This document shows, one piece after another, positions 48,252 through 61,117 of a stretch of 64,000 bases of DNA. The DNA is from Actinomycetes bacterium. Its GTDB lineage: Bacteria > Actinomycetota > Thermoleophilia > BMS3ABIN01. The DNA lies in the NCBI GenBank assembly GCA_021787475.1, contig JAJYLW010000002.1, forward strand, positions 56,249 through 120,248. Reading direction: 5' to 3'. The position numbers and the translations under genes were made by a program. The number at the start of each line of letters is the position of its first letter. The first letter of the stretch is position 1. The notes under the pieces were generated by a model, which was not told the DNA's origin, did not search any database, and saw only the letters and a program-made list of their open reading frames with translations.

Positions 48252-49997
48252 TTATTTCAGTCCCAGCTCTCTTAATTGAGCGGAATCGACCGCCGCCGGG
48301 GCGCCGGTCAGCGGGCAGTTGCCGCTTTGTGTCTTCGGGAAGGCAATGACGTCGCGGATAGTATCCAGCCCGGCGATCAGCATCACCAGCCGGTCGAGGC
48401 CGAACGCCAGGCCGCCGTGGGGTGGCGCCCCGTACTTAAGCGCCTCCAGCAAAAAGCCGAAGTCGGATTCCATCTTATGGTCCTCATGGCCGAGCAGCGA
48501 CAGGACCTGGCGCTGCAGCCCGGCATCGTGAATGCGCAGGCCGCCGCTCGCTATCTCAACGCCGTTGAGCACGAGGTCAAAGAGGCTGCCCCGCACTCTC
48601 AACGGCTCCCTGTCGAGATAACCAATCGTTTCTTCGGTGGGCAATGTGAAGGGGTGATGCTCGGCTGCAATTTCACCGGTTTCCTCATCAAGCTTGAACA
48701 TGGGAAATTCCGTTACCCAGAGGAAATTCCAGCCGTCCCCGGCCAGCTTGAGCTCCTGCGCCAGCCGGCTCCTGAGCGCCCCCAGCACCGGAGCCGCCAC
48801 CGGCGCCAGATCGGCCACAAACAGGATCAGGTCTCCCGGCGCAGATTCGGTTTTATCGATCACCCGGGCCGTCTCTTCGGATGAAAAGAACTTGGCGATT
48901 GGAGAAGTGACCTTTCCGCCTTCACGCACGTAAAGGTAAGCGAGTCCCTTGGCGCCCGCCATAATAGCAAAATCTGTCAGTTCATCAACCTGACGCCGGG
49001 AAAAGGAAGCTCCTTCCGGAATCTTCAGCGCCCGGATGACGCCGCCATTTTCGAGCACTCTGGTAAAAACGCCAAATTCTGTTCCGGCAAAGAGGCCGGA
49101 AACCTCGGTAATCAAAAGACCGTAGCGCAGATCAGGCTTGTCTGAACCATATCCGAGCAGGGCCTCGTCGTAAGTCAGGCGCGTAAACGGACACGTCAGC
49201 TCAGCGCCAAGAACCGCGCCGAAAAGGACCGCCAGCAGCTCTTCGACAATATCCATCATCTCCCCAACGGACATAAAAGACATTTCCATGTCAATCTGGG
49301 TGTGCTCCGGCTGCCGGTCGGCGCGCAGATCCTCGTCACGAAAGGCATGGGCAAACTGGTAATACCTGTCAAGACCGGCCACCATCAGCAGCTGTTTGAA
49401 CAGCTGCGGCGACTGGGGCAGGGCGTAAAATTTCTTTTGCTTCAGCCGGGCCGGCACGAGGAAATCGCGAGCGCCTTCCGGGGTGCTCTTGGTGAGCACC
49501 GGCGTCTCCACCTCTACAAACTCGTGCCGATCAAGAAAATCGCGGACGATTCGCTTGACCCGGTGGCGGAGGATAAGGTTGTCCAACATCTCCCGCCGGC
49601 GCAAGTCAAGATAGCGGTACCTCAGCCTGAGCACTTCATCAACTTCCTCCGGCTCATCAATGCTGAACGGAGGCGTCTCGGCATGGTTAAGAATCTTGAC
49701 TTCCGTTACATTAATTTCCACTTCCCCAGTGGTCAGGTCCGGATTGACCGTTTCCCGCGAACGGCGCGCGACCACGCCAGCTATTTCGATCACTTCTTCC
49801 GGCCGCAGCCGGTGGCCCTCCCTGTGCGCATCCTTCGAGCGTCCCGGATCAAAGACCAGCTGCACCAGGCCGGTGACATCGCGAAGATCAATGAAGATAA
49901 GGCCGCCATGATCACGCCGCCGGTGCACCCAGCCGCAAAGGACCACAGGCGTTTTCGCATCTTCCGTTGTCAGTTTGCCGCAGTAGTGAGTCCGCAT
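48252..49997 (-). CDS. aspS: Aspartyl-tRNA synthetase
   Basis: N-terminal OB fold MRTHYCGKL and class II motifs (FRDEDLRADRQPEHTQID, GGLRIHD). The start was set at the MRTHY ATG. Confidence 0.9.
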   Translation of the reverse strand: MRTHYCGKLTTEDAKTPVVLCGWVHRRRDHGGLIFIDLRDVTGLVQLVFDPGRSKDAHREGHRLRPEEVIEIAGVVARRSRETVNPDLTTGEVEINVTEVKILNHAETPPFSIDEPEEVDEVLRLRYRYLDLRRREMLDNLILRHRVKRIVRDFLDRHEFVEVETPVLTKSTPEGARDFLVPARLKQKKFYALPQSPQLFKQLLMVAGLDRYYQFAHAFRDEDLRADRQPEHTQIDMEMSFMSVGEMMDIVEELLAVLFGAVLGAELTCPFTRLTYDEALLGYGSDKPDLRYGLLITEVSGLFAGTEFGVFTRVLENGGVIRALKIPEGASFSRRQVDELTDFAIMAGAKGLAYLYVREGGKVTSPIAKFFSSEETARVIDKTESAPGDLILFVADLAPVAAPVLGALRSRLAQELKLAGDGWNFLWVTEFPMFKLDEETGEIAAEHHPFTLPTEETIGYLDREPLRVRGSLFDLVLNGVEIASGGLRIHDAGLQRQVLSLLGHEDHKMESDFGFLLEALKYGAPPHGGLAFGLDRLVMLIAGLDTIRDVIAFPKTQSGNCPLTGAPAAVDSAQLRELGLK

Positions 49998-50133
49998 AAT
50001 GATTGACGTTTCACGTTTAATATTTTCGTTTAACAAACGTAAAACTTTTTTGACATATTAATATTAAATTGGGGGATTAATCTTTAATATCACAAAAAAT
50101 TCAACTATCGCCAAACGTGCATTTCGTGAAACG

Positions 50134-51396
50134 TTAGACGTTGGACGCTAAACGTTCCTTGAGATAATCCGAAAGCCGCGAGAATCCCACTTGCTCCTGC
50201 TCGCCGCTGTCCATGTCCCTAACCGTTGCCTTACCGGCGTCGACTTCATCATCACCGATGATAACAGCAAACCGGCTGCCCAGGCGATTGGCCTGCTTCA
50301 TCTGCCCCTTCATCGCCCGCCCGGCGTAATCGGTTTCGGCGGCGATGCCGGCTCCGCGCAGCCGGTGCAGTTGCTCGATACCTGTCCTGCGCGCCGCCGC
50401 CCCCAGGACAGCCACGAATACGTCAACGCCTGCAGGCGCAGCGGTGATGCCGGCGGCCGAAAGCGCCAGCACGATCCGCTCCAGGCCGGTGCCAAAACCG
50501 GTGGCAGGGGCAGGCACCCCCCCCAGCTCAGCCACGAGGGCGTCGTAACGGCCGCCACCGCCGATACCCTTCTGCGCACCCAGGCGGGCGCATTCATACT
50601 CAAAAGTCGTGCGGGTGTAATAATCAAAACCGCGCACCAGCGTTCCGTCCAGGCGATAGGTGCGGCCGAAAAGCTCAAGCAGTTCCCTGACGCTGTCAAA
50701 GTGATGCTGGCATTCTTCACAAAGATTGTCAATCAGCTTGGGCGCGTCTGCCAGCGCCGCCTGGCACGACTGATTCTTGCAATCGAACACGCGCAGCGGA
50801 TTCAGCTGCGCCCGCTCCCGGCAGTCGCCGCAAAGCCTGTCGGAAACAGCGGCCAGATAATCCGTCAGCCGTCCGAGGTAGGCAGGACGGCAGGCACTGT
50901 CCCCCATGCTGCTCAGTCTCAGCTCCACGTCAGGCACACCCAACGACTCATAGATCGCAGAAGCAATCATGATCATCTCAGCGTCGAGTGCGGGGTCAGC
51001 TGAGCCAATCGCCTCTGCACCGAGCTGGTAATGCTCGCGGAAGCGGCCCGCCTGGGGCCGCTCGAAACGAAACATGCGCTCAAAGTACCAAAGCTTCACC
51101 GGCTGCGGCAGTTTGTGCATGCCATGCTGAATGTAGGCCCGCACGACCGGCGCTGTCCCTTCCGGCTTCAGGGTCAGGCTGCGCCCGCCCTTGTCCTGAA
51201 AAGTGTACATCTCCTTGCGCACTATGTCAGAAGAAGAGCCGACCCCCCGCTCAAAGAGCGCAGTCTCCTCAAAAGTCGGTGTGCCGATGCGGCCGTATCC
51301 GGCGGCAGTGAAAACGCGCTCCGCCTCGCCTATGACGAGCCGGCGCAGCGGCTGCTCCGGCGGAAGGACATCATATGTTCCCTTGGGTCCCTGCAT
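50134..51396 (-). CDS. hisS: Histidyl-tRNA synthetase
   Basis: Class IIa motifs (GTYDVLP, RYDALVAELGG, GGGRYD) and a C-terminal anticodon-binding domain. The start was set at the MQGPKGTYD ATG. Confidence 0.85.
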   Translation of the reverse strand: MQGPKGTYDVLPPEQPLRRLVIGEAERVFTAAGYGRIGTPTFEETALFERGVGSSSDIVRKEMYTFQDKGGRSLTLKPEGTAPVVRAYIQHGMHKLPQPVKLWYFERMFRFERPQAGRFREHYQLGAEAIGSADPALDAEMIMIASAIYESLGVPDVELRLSSMGDSACRPAYLGRLTDYLAAVSDRLCGDCRERAQLNPLRVFDCKNQSCQAALADAPKLIDNLCEECQHHFDSVRELLELFGRTYRLDGTLVRGFDYYTRTTFEYECARLGAQKGIGGGGRYDALVAELGGVPAPATGFGTGLERIVLALSAAGITAAPAGVDVFVAVLGAAARRTGIEQLHRLRGAGIAAETDYAGRAMKGQMKQANRLGSRFAVIIGDDEVDAGKATVRDMDSGEQEQVGFSRLSDYLKERLASNV

Positions 51397-51397
51397 G

Positions 51398-52048
51398 TTA
51401 CCATTCAAGATCGGCCAGAAAAATGTTGTTTGCCTTTTCCTGCCCCAGCGTTGTCGCGTTTCCATGACCGGGATAAACAACAGTATCATCCGGAAATATT
51501 GAAACCAGCTTTTTTACCGACGCGACCAGTTGCTCAAAAGAGCCGCCGGGCAGGTCGGTGCGGCCGACTGACCCGTGGAAAAGCAGGTCTCCGGGAAAGA
51601 GGGCGTCGCCGGCATGATAGGTAAGCGATCCAAGCGAGTGTCCAGGAGTGGCCACGATGTCAACTTTGAGGCCGGCAAAAACGGCGCTGTCGCCATCTGT
51701 TAAAATCCGGTCCACCCGGGCCGGGCTCACCTCGGGCATGCCCGGGAACAACCGGGCCACACCAGGATTTGCGAGAAAAGCCTCCACCTCCGCGCTAGCG
51801 CACAGCGTCGCGCCGGTAACTCCAATCAGCTCGGGCGCCGCCGCCAGGTGATCGGCATGGCCATGAGTGATAAAAACAGCTTCAATATCAACGGCTGCCT
51901 CGCGGGCAACCGCCTTAATGAGGTCCGGCTCCCCGCCGGGGTCGATGACAACTCCGGAGCCCGAGCCCTCCTCGTGCACCAGGTAGAAGTTTGCCTGAAG
52001 CGGACCTACCGGCCTGGATGTGATAATAATCCCGATGGACGCCTCCAA
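51398..52048 (-). CDS. MBL-fold metallo-hydrolase (glyoxalase-II-like)
   Basis: HxHxDH motif VFITHGHADHLAA. Confidence 0.75.
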   Translation of the reverse strand: MEASIGIIITSRPVGPLQANFYLVHEEGSGSGVVIDPGGEPDLIKAVAREAAVDIEAVFITHGHADHLAAAPELIGVTGATLCASAEVEAFLANPGVARLFPGMPEVSPARVDRILTDGDSAVFAGLKVDIVATPGHSLGSLTYHAGDALFPGDLLFHGSVGRTDLPGGSFEQLVASVKKLVSIFPDDTVVYPGHGNATTLGQEKANNIFLADLEW

Positions 52049-52238
52049 ACAGTCAGCTTATGAGCCTATCTCAGCAGGTTGGCTGAAGCAAATTTCGGGC
52101 GGCCGATAAACCATGCGTCTTTAAGGCTTGTCCCAGTAGGTGTATTCTGTTGCGACCGGCTGCAAAGGCCACAAAAGCAGCTGCTCCTTGCCCGCCTTTT
52201 CGCTCGGCCTCGCCACGAATTACCTGCCCGGGAGGTTT

Positions 52239-53543
52239 TTAGCGGACGGCTACCAGAAACGGCCGCCCCGGCATCGCCAGCGAGCGGGCGTGATAGAATT
52301 TCAGCCCGGTAAAAAAACGGAATACCGTGGCGCCCACGTCGGCAAATTCTCCCTGATAGGGCTCATCGGGCGGCTGGCGCCGGGGAGCACCCCTTTTAGC
52401 AAACGCTCGCGAAGTTTCAAACAACGATCCACCGGGTGAGAAGACCTCGCTACCCAGCCGCGCCAGCAGGGGAACGTACTCGCGAGTATGATCCGATCCG
52501 GGATGAACCGGGTCGCACCCATGATCAGCAGTGATAATAAACAAGTCCCCGGGACGGCAGGCGGCAATGAGGCCGGGAACGGCCGCATCAACTTCCATCA
52601 GCCCGTCGGCAAAACCGTCCACATCGTTGCGGTGCCCCCACATCATGTCAAAGTCAACCAGATTTGTAAAAACAAGGCCCTCTTTTAAACTGCGCATCAA
52701 CGCCAGAGTCTGCCTGAGCCCGTCTTTGTTGCTGCTGGTCTTGTATTCATATCCCACTCCCGAGGCGGCAAATATCTGCGATATCTTGCCAACGCCATGG
52801 ACCGGCACGCCGATCTCGCTAAGAAGGTTCAGATACGTTCTTGGGGGCAGGAGAGAAAAATCGCGCCGGTCGGGCGTTCTGGTGAAACTGCCGGGCACCC
52901 CTCTAAAAGGCCGAGCGATTACGCGCGCCACCGCATGCTCGCCCACCAGCAGCTTTCGCGCCGCCCGGCAATAATCATACAGTTGCGAGACAGGCACCAC
53001 ATCAACATGAGCCGCAACCTGAAAAACGCTGTCCGCCGACGTATAAACGATCAGCTTTCCCGTCCTGATATGAACTTCGCCCAGCTCTTCGATGATCCGG
53101 GTCCCGGAGGCGGGCTTGTTGCCGATCGCTCCCCGGCCGGTGATCTTCTCGAAGCGACTGATCACCGACTGCGGGAATCCGTCAGGATAGACCGGGAACG
53201 GCTTCTCTGTGATCGCACCCATCAACTCCCAGTGCCCGGCAGTGGTGTCCTTTCCTTGGGAGCGCTCGGCCAGCCTGCCGAACATCGCCTGCGGCCGCGG
53301 CGCCGGCGGTACTCCCTTGAGGGGAAGGATATTTCCGAGGCCGAGGGCGCCCAGATTCGGCAGTTTCAGGCCGACAGCCTCCGCCACATGACAGAGAGTG
53401 TTGGCGCCGCTGTCGCCAAACTTGGCGGCGTCCGGCAACGCGCCCGCCCCGACTCCGTCAAGCGTAATCAGAAGACAGCGCACCTTGCGGCGCAATTTGC
53501 GGCCGCCGGCCCCGACCATCCATAGAAGGTTTAACTTAGGCAA
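52239..53543 (-). CDS. deoB: Phosphopentomutase
   Basis: LITLDGVGAGALPDAAKFGDSGANTL ... TADHGCDP...HTREYVPLL matches DeoB. The C-terminal region carries an extra roughly 20 aa relative to typical DeoB. N-terminal start uncertain. Confidence 0.75.
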   Translation of the reverse strand: MPKLNLLWMVGAGGRKLRRKVRCLLITLDGVGAGALPDAAKFGDSGANTLCHVAEAVGLKLPNLGALGLGNILPLKGVPPAPRPQAMFGRLAERSQGKDTTAGHWELMGAITEKPFPVYPDGFPQSVISRFEKITGRGAIGNKPASGTRIIEELGEVHIRTGKLIVYTSADSVFQVAAHVDVVPVSQLYDYCRAARKLLVGEHAVARVIARPFRGVPGSFTRTPDRRDFSLLPPRTYLNLLSEIGVPVHGVGKISQIFAASGVGYEYKTSSNKDGLRQTLALMRSLKEGLVFTNLVDFDMMWGHRNDVDGFADGLMEVDAAVPGLIAACRPGDLFIITADHGCDPVHPGSDHTREYVPLLARLGSEVFSPGGSLFETSRAFAKRGAPRRQPPDEPYQGEFADVGATVFRFFTGLKFYHARSLAMPGRPFLVAVR

Positions 53544-53616
53544 GTGGCTTCAATTTCATTAATTTAAAGTTCCAAGGTTAAAGCTTGGTTAACATGTCGG
53601 TTCCTAAATGATGTAG

Positions 53617-54567
53617 TTATTCAATGTTTTTACCCCTTGAGACTTTGAACTTTGCCCTTTTCGCCCGGGGATGCGCTCTGAAATAAATCTCCCTCAGTTC
53701 TCGCCGGCTCAGGTGGGTGTAAATCTCGGTTGTGGAAATATCCGCATGGCCGAGCATCTCCTGGACGCTGCGCAGGTCCGCCCCGCCCGCCAGAAGATGT
53801 GTGGCAAAGCTGTGCCTGAGCGTATGCGGGGTCACCTTCTTTGTCAGTCCGGCTCTCCGGGCCGACTCGGCCACCAGTTTGTGTACTGTTTGGCGGGAAA
53901 TCCGGGAGCCAAACCGGTTTAAAAAAAGGTGATCGTCATTGAGTTTTTCGCCCAAGCCAGGCCTCTCCCGCTGAAGGTAGCGCCGCACCGCCATCAGCGC
54001 CGGCTCTCCTGCCGGCACGACGCGCTCCTTTGATCCCTTTCCCAGACATCTGACAAAACCGCCTTCGAGGTCAATGTCACTTATGCGTAACGATGTCAAT
54101 TCTGAAACCCGTAGCCCGGCCCCGTAAAGCAGTTCTATCATCGCCGCGTTTCTCATTTTTAAGGAGCCGCCGGGCGCCCGGGTCAGCAGCAGCTTCGTCT
54201 CGCCGAGGTTGAGCACGTTCGGCAGCCGGCGGCCTCTTTTAAAAACGGGCAAATCTTCCAATGGCGCGGCGGTGTAAATGCCTTCACGAGCAAGAAACCT
54301 GAAGAAGCTCTTGAGCACGCTCATCTTGCGGGCGCGGCTGGTTACCTGCAATGATCCGTCTGTGTTTTCGAAGGAATTCAGAAAATCTCGAATATTTTTA
54401 ATGTCAATATCCGCCACCGCAAGCCGGCGCCGCTGAAGGTAACGGCCGAACTGCTGCAGGTCGCGGCGGTAAGAGGAAATGGTGTTGTCGGCCAAGCCGC
54501 GCTCAAACTGGAGATGTGACAAAAATTCCTGGAAAAGACGGTTTCTAGTTTCAGTCGGTGACTTCAT
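53617..54567 (-). CDS. xerD: Tyrosine recombinase, XerC/XerD family (XerD-like by deoB synteny)
   Basis: The catalytic R...HxxR...Y set: ARAGL...HTLRHSFATHLL...LGHADISTTEIYTH. Confidence 0.8.
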   Translation of the reverse strand: MKSPTETRNRLFQEFLSHLQFERGLADNTISSYRRDLQQFGRYLQRRRLAVADIDIKNIRDFLNSFENTDGSLQVTSRARKMSVLKSFFRFLAREGIYTAAPLEDLPVFKRGRRLPNVLNLGETKLLLTRAPGGSLKMRNAAMIELLYGAGLRVSELTSLRISDIDLEGGFVRCLGKGSKERVVPAGEPALMAVRRYLQRERPGLGEKLNDDHLFLNRFGSRISRQTVHKLVAESARRAGLTKKVTPHTLRHSFATHLLAGGADLRSVQEMLGHADISTTEIYTHLSRRELREIYFRAHPRAKRAKFKVSRGKNIE

Positions 54568-54721
54568 GAATTTTCATTCGCCTGAATCAGACATTAATCC
54601 TCCAGCAGAAAATCCGGTTGAGAAAGATTGTTTTCTGTTTAACCGGCGAGGACCGGCGTTGCCTGATTTACCGCAAACAAAAACGGGGACAGAAACTTGA
54701 ACTTTGAACTCGGAACCCTTT

Positions 54722-55885
54722 TCAGTAGGCCGAGCCCGGCATGCCAAATTCGGCCCCCGGGCTCAAGCGGAAAGGAATGACGCTTGAGAGAGGATAATAA
54801 GGTTGGCCAATGGCTTCCGCCACCGCCCTGTTTGTAATCTTGCCCTCCATTACGTTTACGCCGCGGGTCAGGGCCGGATTGTGGCTGGCAGCCTGGTTGA
54901 TGCCAAGGTTCGCAATCTCAAGGATGTAAGGCAGGGTTGCATTCGTGAGCGCATAAGTCGAAGTGATCGGGACCGCGCCAGGGATGTTGCCGACTGCATA
55001 ATGGATAACATCGTGAACGACGTAAGTCGGCTCCGTATGCGTCGTCATGCGCGATGTCTCGGCGAAGCCTCCCTGGTCAATGGAAACGTCGACTATCACC
55101 GATTGCGGCACCATCTCCTCGACAATTTTCTCTGTGATCAGCTTGGGAGCTTTTGCCCCCGGAATAAGAACAGCACCAATAACCAGATCGGCGGAGGAGA
55201 CGTGCTCTTCGATAGAGAGCGTCGTCGACAGCACCGTCGTCAATCTCCCTGATATATAACTATGGAGCGAGCGCAAATGATCCAGGTTCTTATCCAGCAC
55301 GACCACATTTGCCAGCATGCCGGCGGCGATCTTGGCGGCATTGGATCCGACGATGCCCGCACCGAGCACGACTACTTTCGCCGGCGGCACCCCGGCAACG
55401 CCGCCGAGGAGGATGCCGCGGCCGCCGATCATCTTTTCAAGAAAATAAGCCCCCACCTGAGCCGCCATCCTGCCGGCGATCTCGCTCATCGGCGCCAGCA
55501 ATGGCAGCCTGCCGTCGGCAAGTTCTACGGTCTCATAAGCAATGCAGCTGGCTCCGCTTGCCATCAGCGACTTGGCCAGCTGCGGTTGCGGCGCCAGGTG
55601 GAGAAATGAAAAGATGGTTTTTTTCTCCCTGAGCAAAGCAACCTCGGCGGCTGCGGGGTCCTTGACCTTAACGATCAGATCCGCCTTCATAAACAGCTCT
55701 TCGATCGAATTAATGATCTGGCCGCCCTGGCTGGTATAGGCTTCATCGGGCAGCTTGCTGCCCTGGCCGGCGCCTTTCTGGATCAGCACCGTATGCCCGG
55801 CTGCCGCCAGCTCACGCGTGCCTGCCGGCGTGATCGCCACCCGGTACTCATCGATTTCGACTTCCGATGGAATGCCAATAATCAC
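54722..55885 (-). CDS. ald: Alanine dehydrogenase
   Basis: MIIGIPSEV...RVAITPAG N-terminus, a Rossmann GAGIVGSNAA, and end-to-end similarity to Ald rather than PntA. Confidence 0.8.
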   Translation of the reverse strand: MIIGIPSEVEIDEYRVAITPAGTRELAAAGHTVLIQKGAGQGSKLPDEAYTSQGGQIINSIEELFMKADLIVKVKDPAAAEVALLREKKTIFSFLHLAPQPQLAKSLMASGASCIAYETVELADGRLPLLAPMSEIAGRMAAQVGAYFLEKMIGGRGILLGGVAGVPPAKVVVLGAGIVGSNAAKIAAGMLANVVVLDKNLDHLRSLHSYISGRLTTVLSTTLSIEEHVSSADLVIGAVLIPGAKAPKLITEKIVEEMVPQSVIVDVSIDQGGFAETSRMTTHTEPTYVVHDVIHYAVGNIPGAVPITSTYALTNATLPYILEIANLGINQAASHNPALTRGVNVMEGKITNRAVAEAIGQPYYPLSSVIPFRLSPGAEFGMPGSAY

Positions 55886-56022
55886 AATTTCACCTTATCA
55901 AGAAGCAATATCCGGAAACATGGCCAATATCGGCATCTGCAAAACTATTATTTAAACCGATCATTCAACTAAGCCAGGTTAATTAAAATAATTGATAAAA
56001 TATCATTGTTTTCCGGTGTCGG

Positions 56023-56570
56023 TTAAGACTGCGGCGGAATTGTTTCCGGCTCCCGGTTTCCGCCAAGCACCCTCAACGCCAGCAGGATTCCCACCAGGGA
56101 CTTAGCGTCTTTCAGCTCCCCGGTCAGCTCCCCCTGGTCCAGTGGTCGCGCCACCGTCTCCAGAAACTCTTCCCGGTCGTGTCTCTTTTCCTCCCGTGAT
56201 AATCCCTGCGCCAGAAAACAATGCAGCATTTCGTCGCAAAAGCCGGGTGTGGAATAAAAGGAAGCAAGGCGCCGCCAGCTGTCCGCCTTAAGGCCCAGCT
56301 CTTCCAGACATTCTCGCCGGGCGCAGGCGAGCGGCTCCTCCCCCGGTTTCAGCTTTCCCGCAGGCAGCTCCAGCAGGTTCTCGCCGGCTGCATCGCGGTA
56401 TTGTCGCACCAGGTAAACCATGCCACCGTCATCGACTGGAACAATTACGCACGCGCCCGGATGTTCAACGATCTCGCGGCGGGAGCGGCGGCCGTCCGGC
56501 AGCTCGACTTCATCAAGGCGCAGGTTGATAATTTCTCCCTGATATATATTCTTTGACGACAACCACTTGT

Positions 56571-56574
<4 letters not shown>
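56023..56574 (-). CDS. NUDIX hydrolase (ADP-ribose pyrophosphatase-like)
   Basis: Nudix box GKLKPGEEPLACARRECLEELG. Confidence 0.7.
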
Positions 56575-59394
<2,820 letters not shown>

Positions 59395-59432
59395 TCAATA
59401 ATGTTTAAATCCGTGTTTGGAAACGGGAAGAC

Positions 59433-59459
59433 ATAAAAAAACCGGAGGCGCTGCTCCGG
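59433..59459 (-). terminator. Intrinsic terminator in the pyrG leader / end of the ferredoxin-DUF362 unit
   Basis: Minus-sense CCGGAG-CAGCGC-CTCCGG followed by UUUUUUU, about 50 nt upstream of the pyrG ATG. Confidence 0.6.
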
Positions 59460-59532
59460 CCGGTGAAATAAAATTGAGTTGTCTGCCCTGTTTGCCAACC
59501 GCTCCTCTTAAAACAAGACCATCCCGCAATTA

Positions 59533-59560
59533 ATTATAACAGCTTGAGCAGGCTTGGCAA
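59533..59560 (-). promoter_or_regulatory. Putative promoter upstream of the pyrG leader terminator
   Basis: Minus-sense TTGCCA, a 16-nt spacer, TATAAT, then a predicted GGG transcription start. Confidence 0.4.
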
Positions 59561-59674
59561 GCGCTTTGGTTCAAAGTTCCATGTTTAAAGTTTAAAGTTG
59601 CAAGAAGCCGCTGTTCAACGCTCGGAACTGGCCTGATACATAGCCAGCCCGGGCGACTGACGCTCTCCAGGATC

Positions 59675-59878
59675 TCAGGAGGATGATTCTTCTTCATAGG
59701 AAATTGCGTCCTCGGGGCAGTTTTCCACCGCCGCCTCGATGCATGATTCCAGGCCGGTGAAATCATCGGTTATCACGTGCGACTTGTCATCGTCGCCGAC
59801 CTCAAACACTTCCGGGCAAATCGCTTCGCAATTGCCGCAGGCGGAGCATTTCTCTCTGTCGATTTTAGGAATCTTCAT
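59675..59878 (-). CDS. Small ferredoxin (one [4Fe-4S] cluster)
   Basis: CSACGNCEAICP ... CP cluster-binding motif. 67 aa. Confidence 0.75.
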   Translation of the reverse strand: MKIPKIDREKCSACGNCEAICPEVFEVGDDDKSHVITDDFTGLESCIEAAVENCPEDAISYEEESSS

Positions 59879-59928
59879 TTGTAAAAAACGTAAGTCTTAA
59901 GAGAAGATTTTCCGTGAAATGTGAAACG

Positions 59929-61116
59929 TTAAACGCTCCTTGCCAGCCGCGCCACCCGCAGAAAAGCGCTCAGGCCAAGGAAACCGGCGGCGGCGAGCGC
60001 CGCCAGCAATGCGCCGCGGCTCCTGCCCTGCCTTTCCAGCCTCGCTGCCGAGGGAAGGTATGACTGTATCAGCTGGCCCCATTGTGTCTCCGCCATCGCA
60101 TAAACACGGGATCGGCCGACAAAGGGATACCAGTATGAATCCAGGCCCAGCCTTGACAGCCGCCCAGGCAGGGTTTCAAGCCAGCCGCCTGAGTACCGAG
60201 GCCTACGGCAGCTGCCAGCGTCCGCATCGGCGCCATCCCCTCCCGGCCCGCAAAAATGGAAGTTGACTTCAGCAATGTCATCTCCAACGACTTCTATCTC
60301 ATCAAATTTGCCGCAGCCGAGGCCCTGCTCGTGCGCCAGCCTGATGTACCCGATCTCCATCGGGTCAAACCCCATCATGTGCGCGGCGACCGCATCGATT
60401 GCCACCTGATCGGCGCCGGCGAGGATATATCCTTTCTCGTAAGGGACCAGCATCCGCGGACCGGCGCCGCCGCCGCAGAAGACCGCGTCCATAACGGCAA
60501 AAACGCCGGCATGAATTTCTCTTTGAATTGCCAGAATATCAACGATGGCTTCATGAATGTGACGGGTGGCCAGCCGGCGCCTCCCGGGTGCCAGGCTGCG
60601 GAAGGCGCTCTCGGCGGCCCCCGCGGTCGTCGCCAGTAAATCGGTTTTTAGCGTGGGTAAATGAATTACGTTCCCGCCATGAAAAATGTCCGGAATATAA
60701 AACCCTTCCCTGGCAATCAGCTCGTCCAGCGCCAGCATTCGCACCTGCGGCTGATAACTGATCCATTTGACCGGAGGCTCATAAAGATGTGTGATTTCAA
60801 AGCCAAGGCGCGCGGCGGCGGATAACTGGCCGTTGTTCAGCTCGGCGGCGCCGCTGTCCGCTGCGGCGCCGGCGCTCACCAGGACCAGCGACTCTTTCGG
60901 AAAGCCGTCAACAAGGAGGGTTCTAAGGACGCCCTCCAGTTGCCATGGCGCCGTGGAGGTAGCCGGATACCAGATATCCCAATTATTTCCAATAATAATA
61001 TTTGTTGCCTTTTTTTTATCCAGAGCCTCAGCATAGGCGGCCAGGCGCATCAAGCTGCCGTAGTCAGCAACAACCGTGGCCGGTGACGTTTTCTTGACGG
61101 CAATCCGGGCGCCCAT
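59929..61116 (-). CDS. DUF362-domain protein with a C-terminal membrane anchor
   Basis: DUF362-like core. The gene is found next to ferredoxin, as is common for this family. Confidence 0.6.
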   Translation of the reverse strand: MGARIAVKKTSPATVVADYGSLMRLAAYAEALDKKKATNIIIGNNWDIWYPATSTAPWQLEGVLRTLLVDGFPKESLVLVSAGAAADSGAAELNNGQLSAAARLGFEITHLYEPPVKWISYQPQVRMLALDELIAREGFYIPDIFHGGNVIHLPTLKTDLLATTAGAAESAFRSLAPGRRRLATRHIHEAIVDILAIQREIHAGVFAVMDAVFCGGGAGPRMLVPYEKGYILAGADQVAIDAVAAHMMGFDPMEIGYIRLAHEQGLGCGKFDEIEVVGDDIAEVNFHFCGPGGDGADADAGSCRRPRYSGGWLETLPGRLSRLGLDSYWYPFVGRSRVYAMAETQWGQLIQSYLPSAARLERQGRSRGALLAALAAAGFLGLSAFLRVARLARSV

Positions 61117-61117
61117 C

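Noticed and set aside
53617-54721. TTGAACTTTGAAC-like strings on both sides of xerD, as if flanking direct repeats
   Set aside because: The left copy lies within the XerD C-terminal codons (KFKVSRG) and the right copy in the ald 3' UTR. They share only 9-11 nt, so chance is the simplest explanation.
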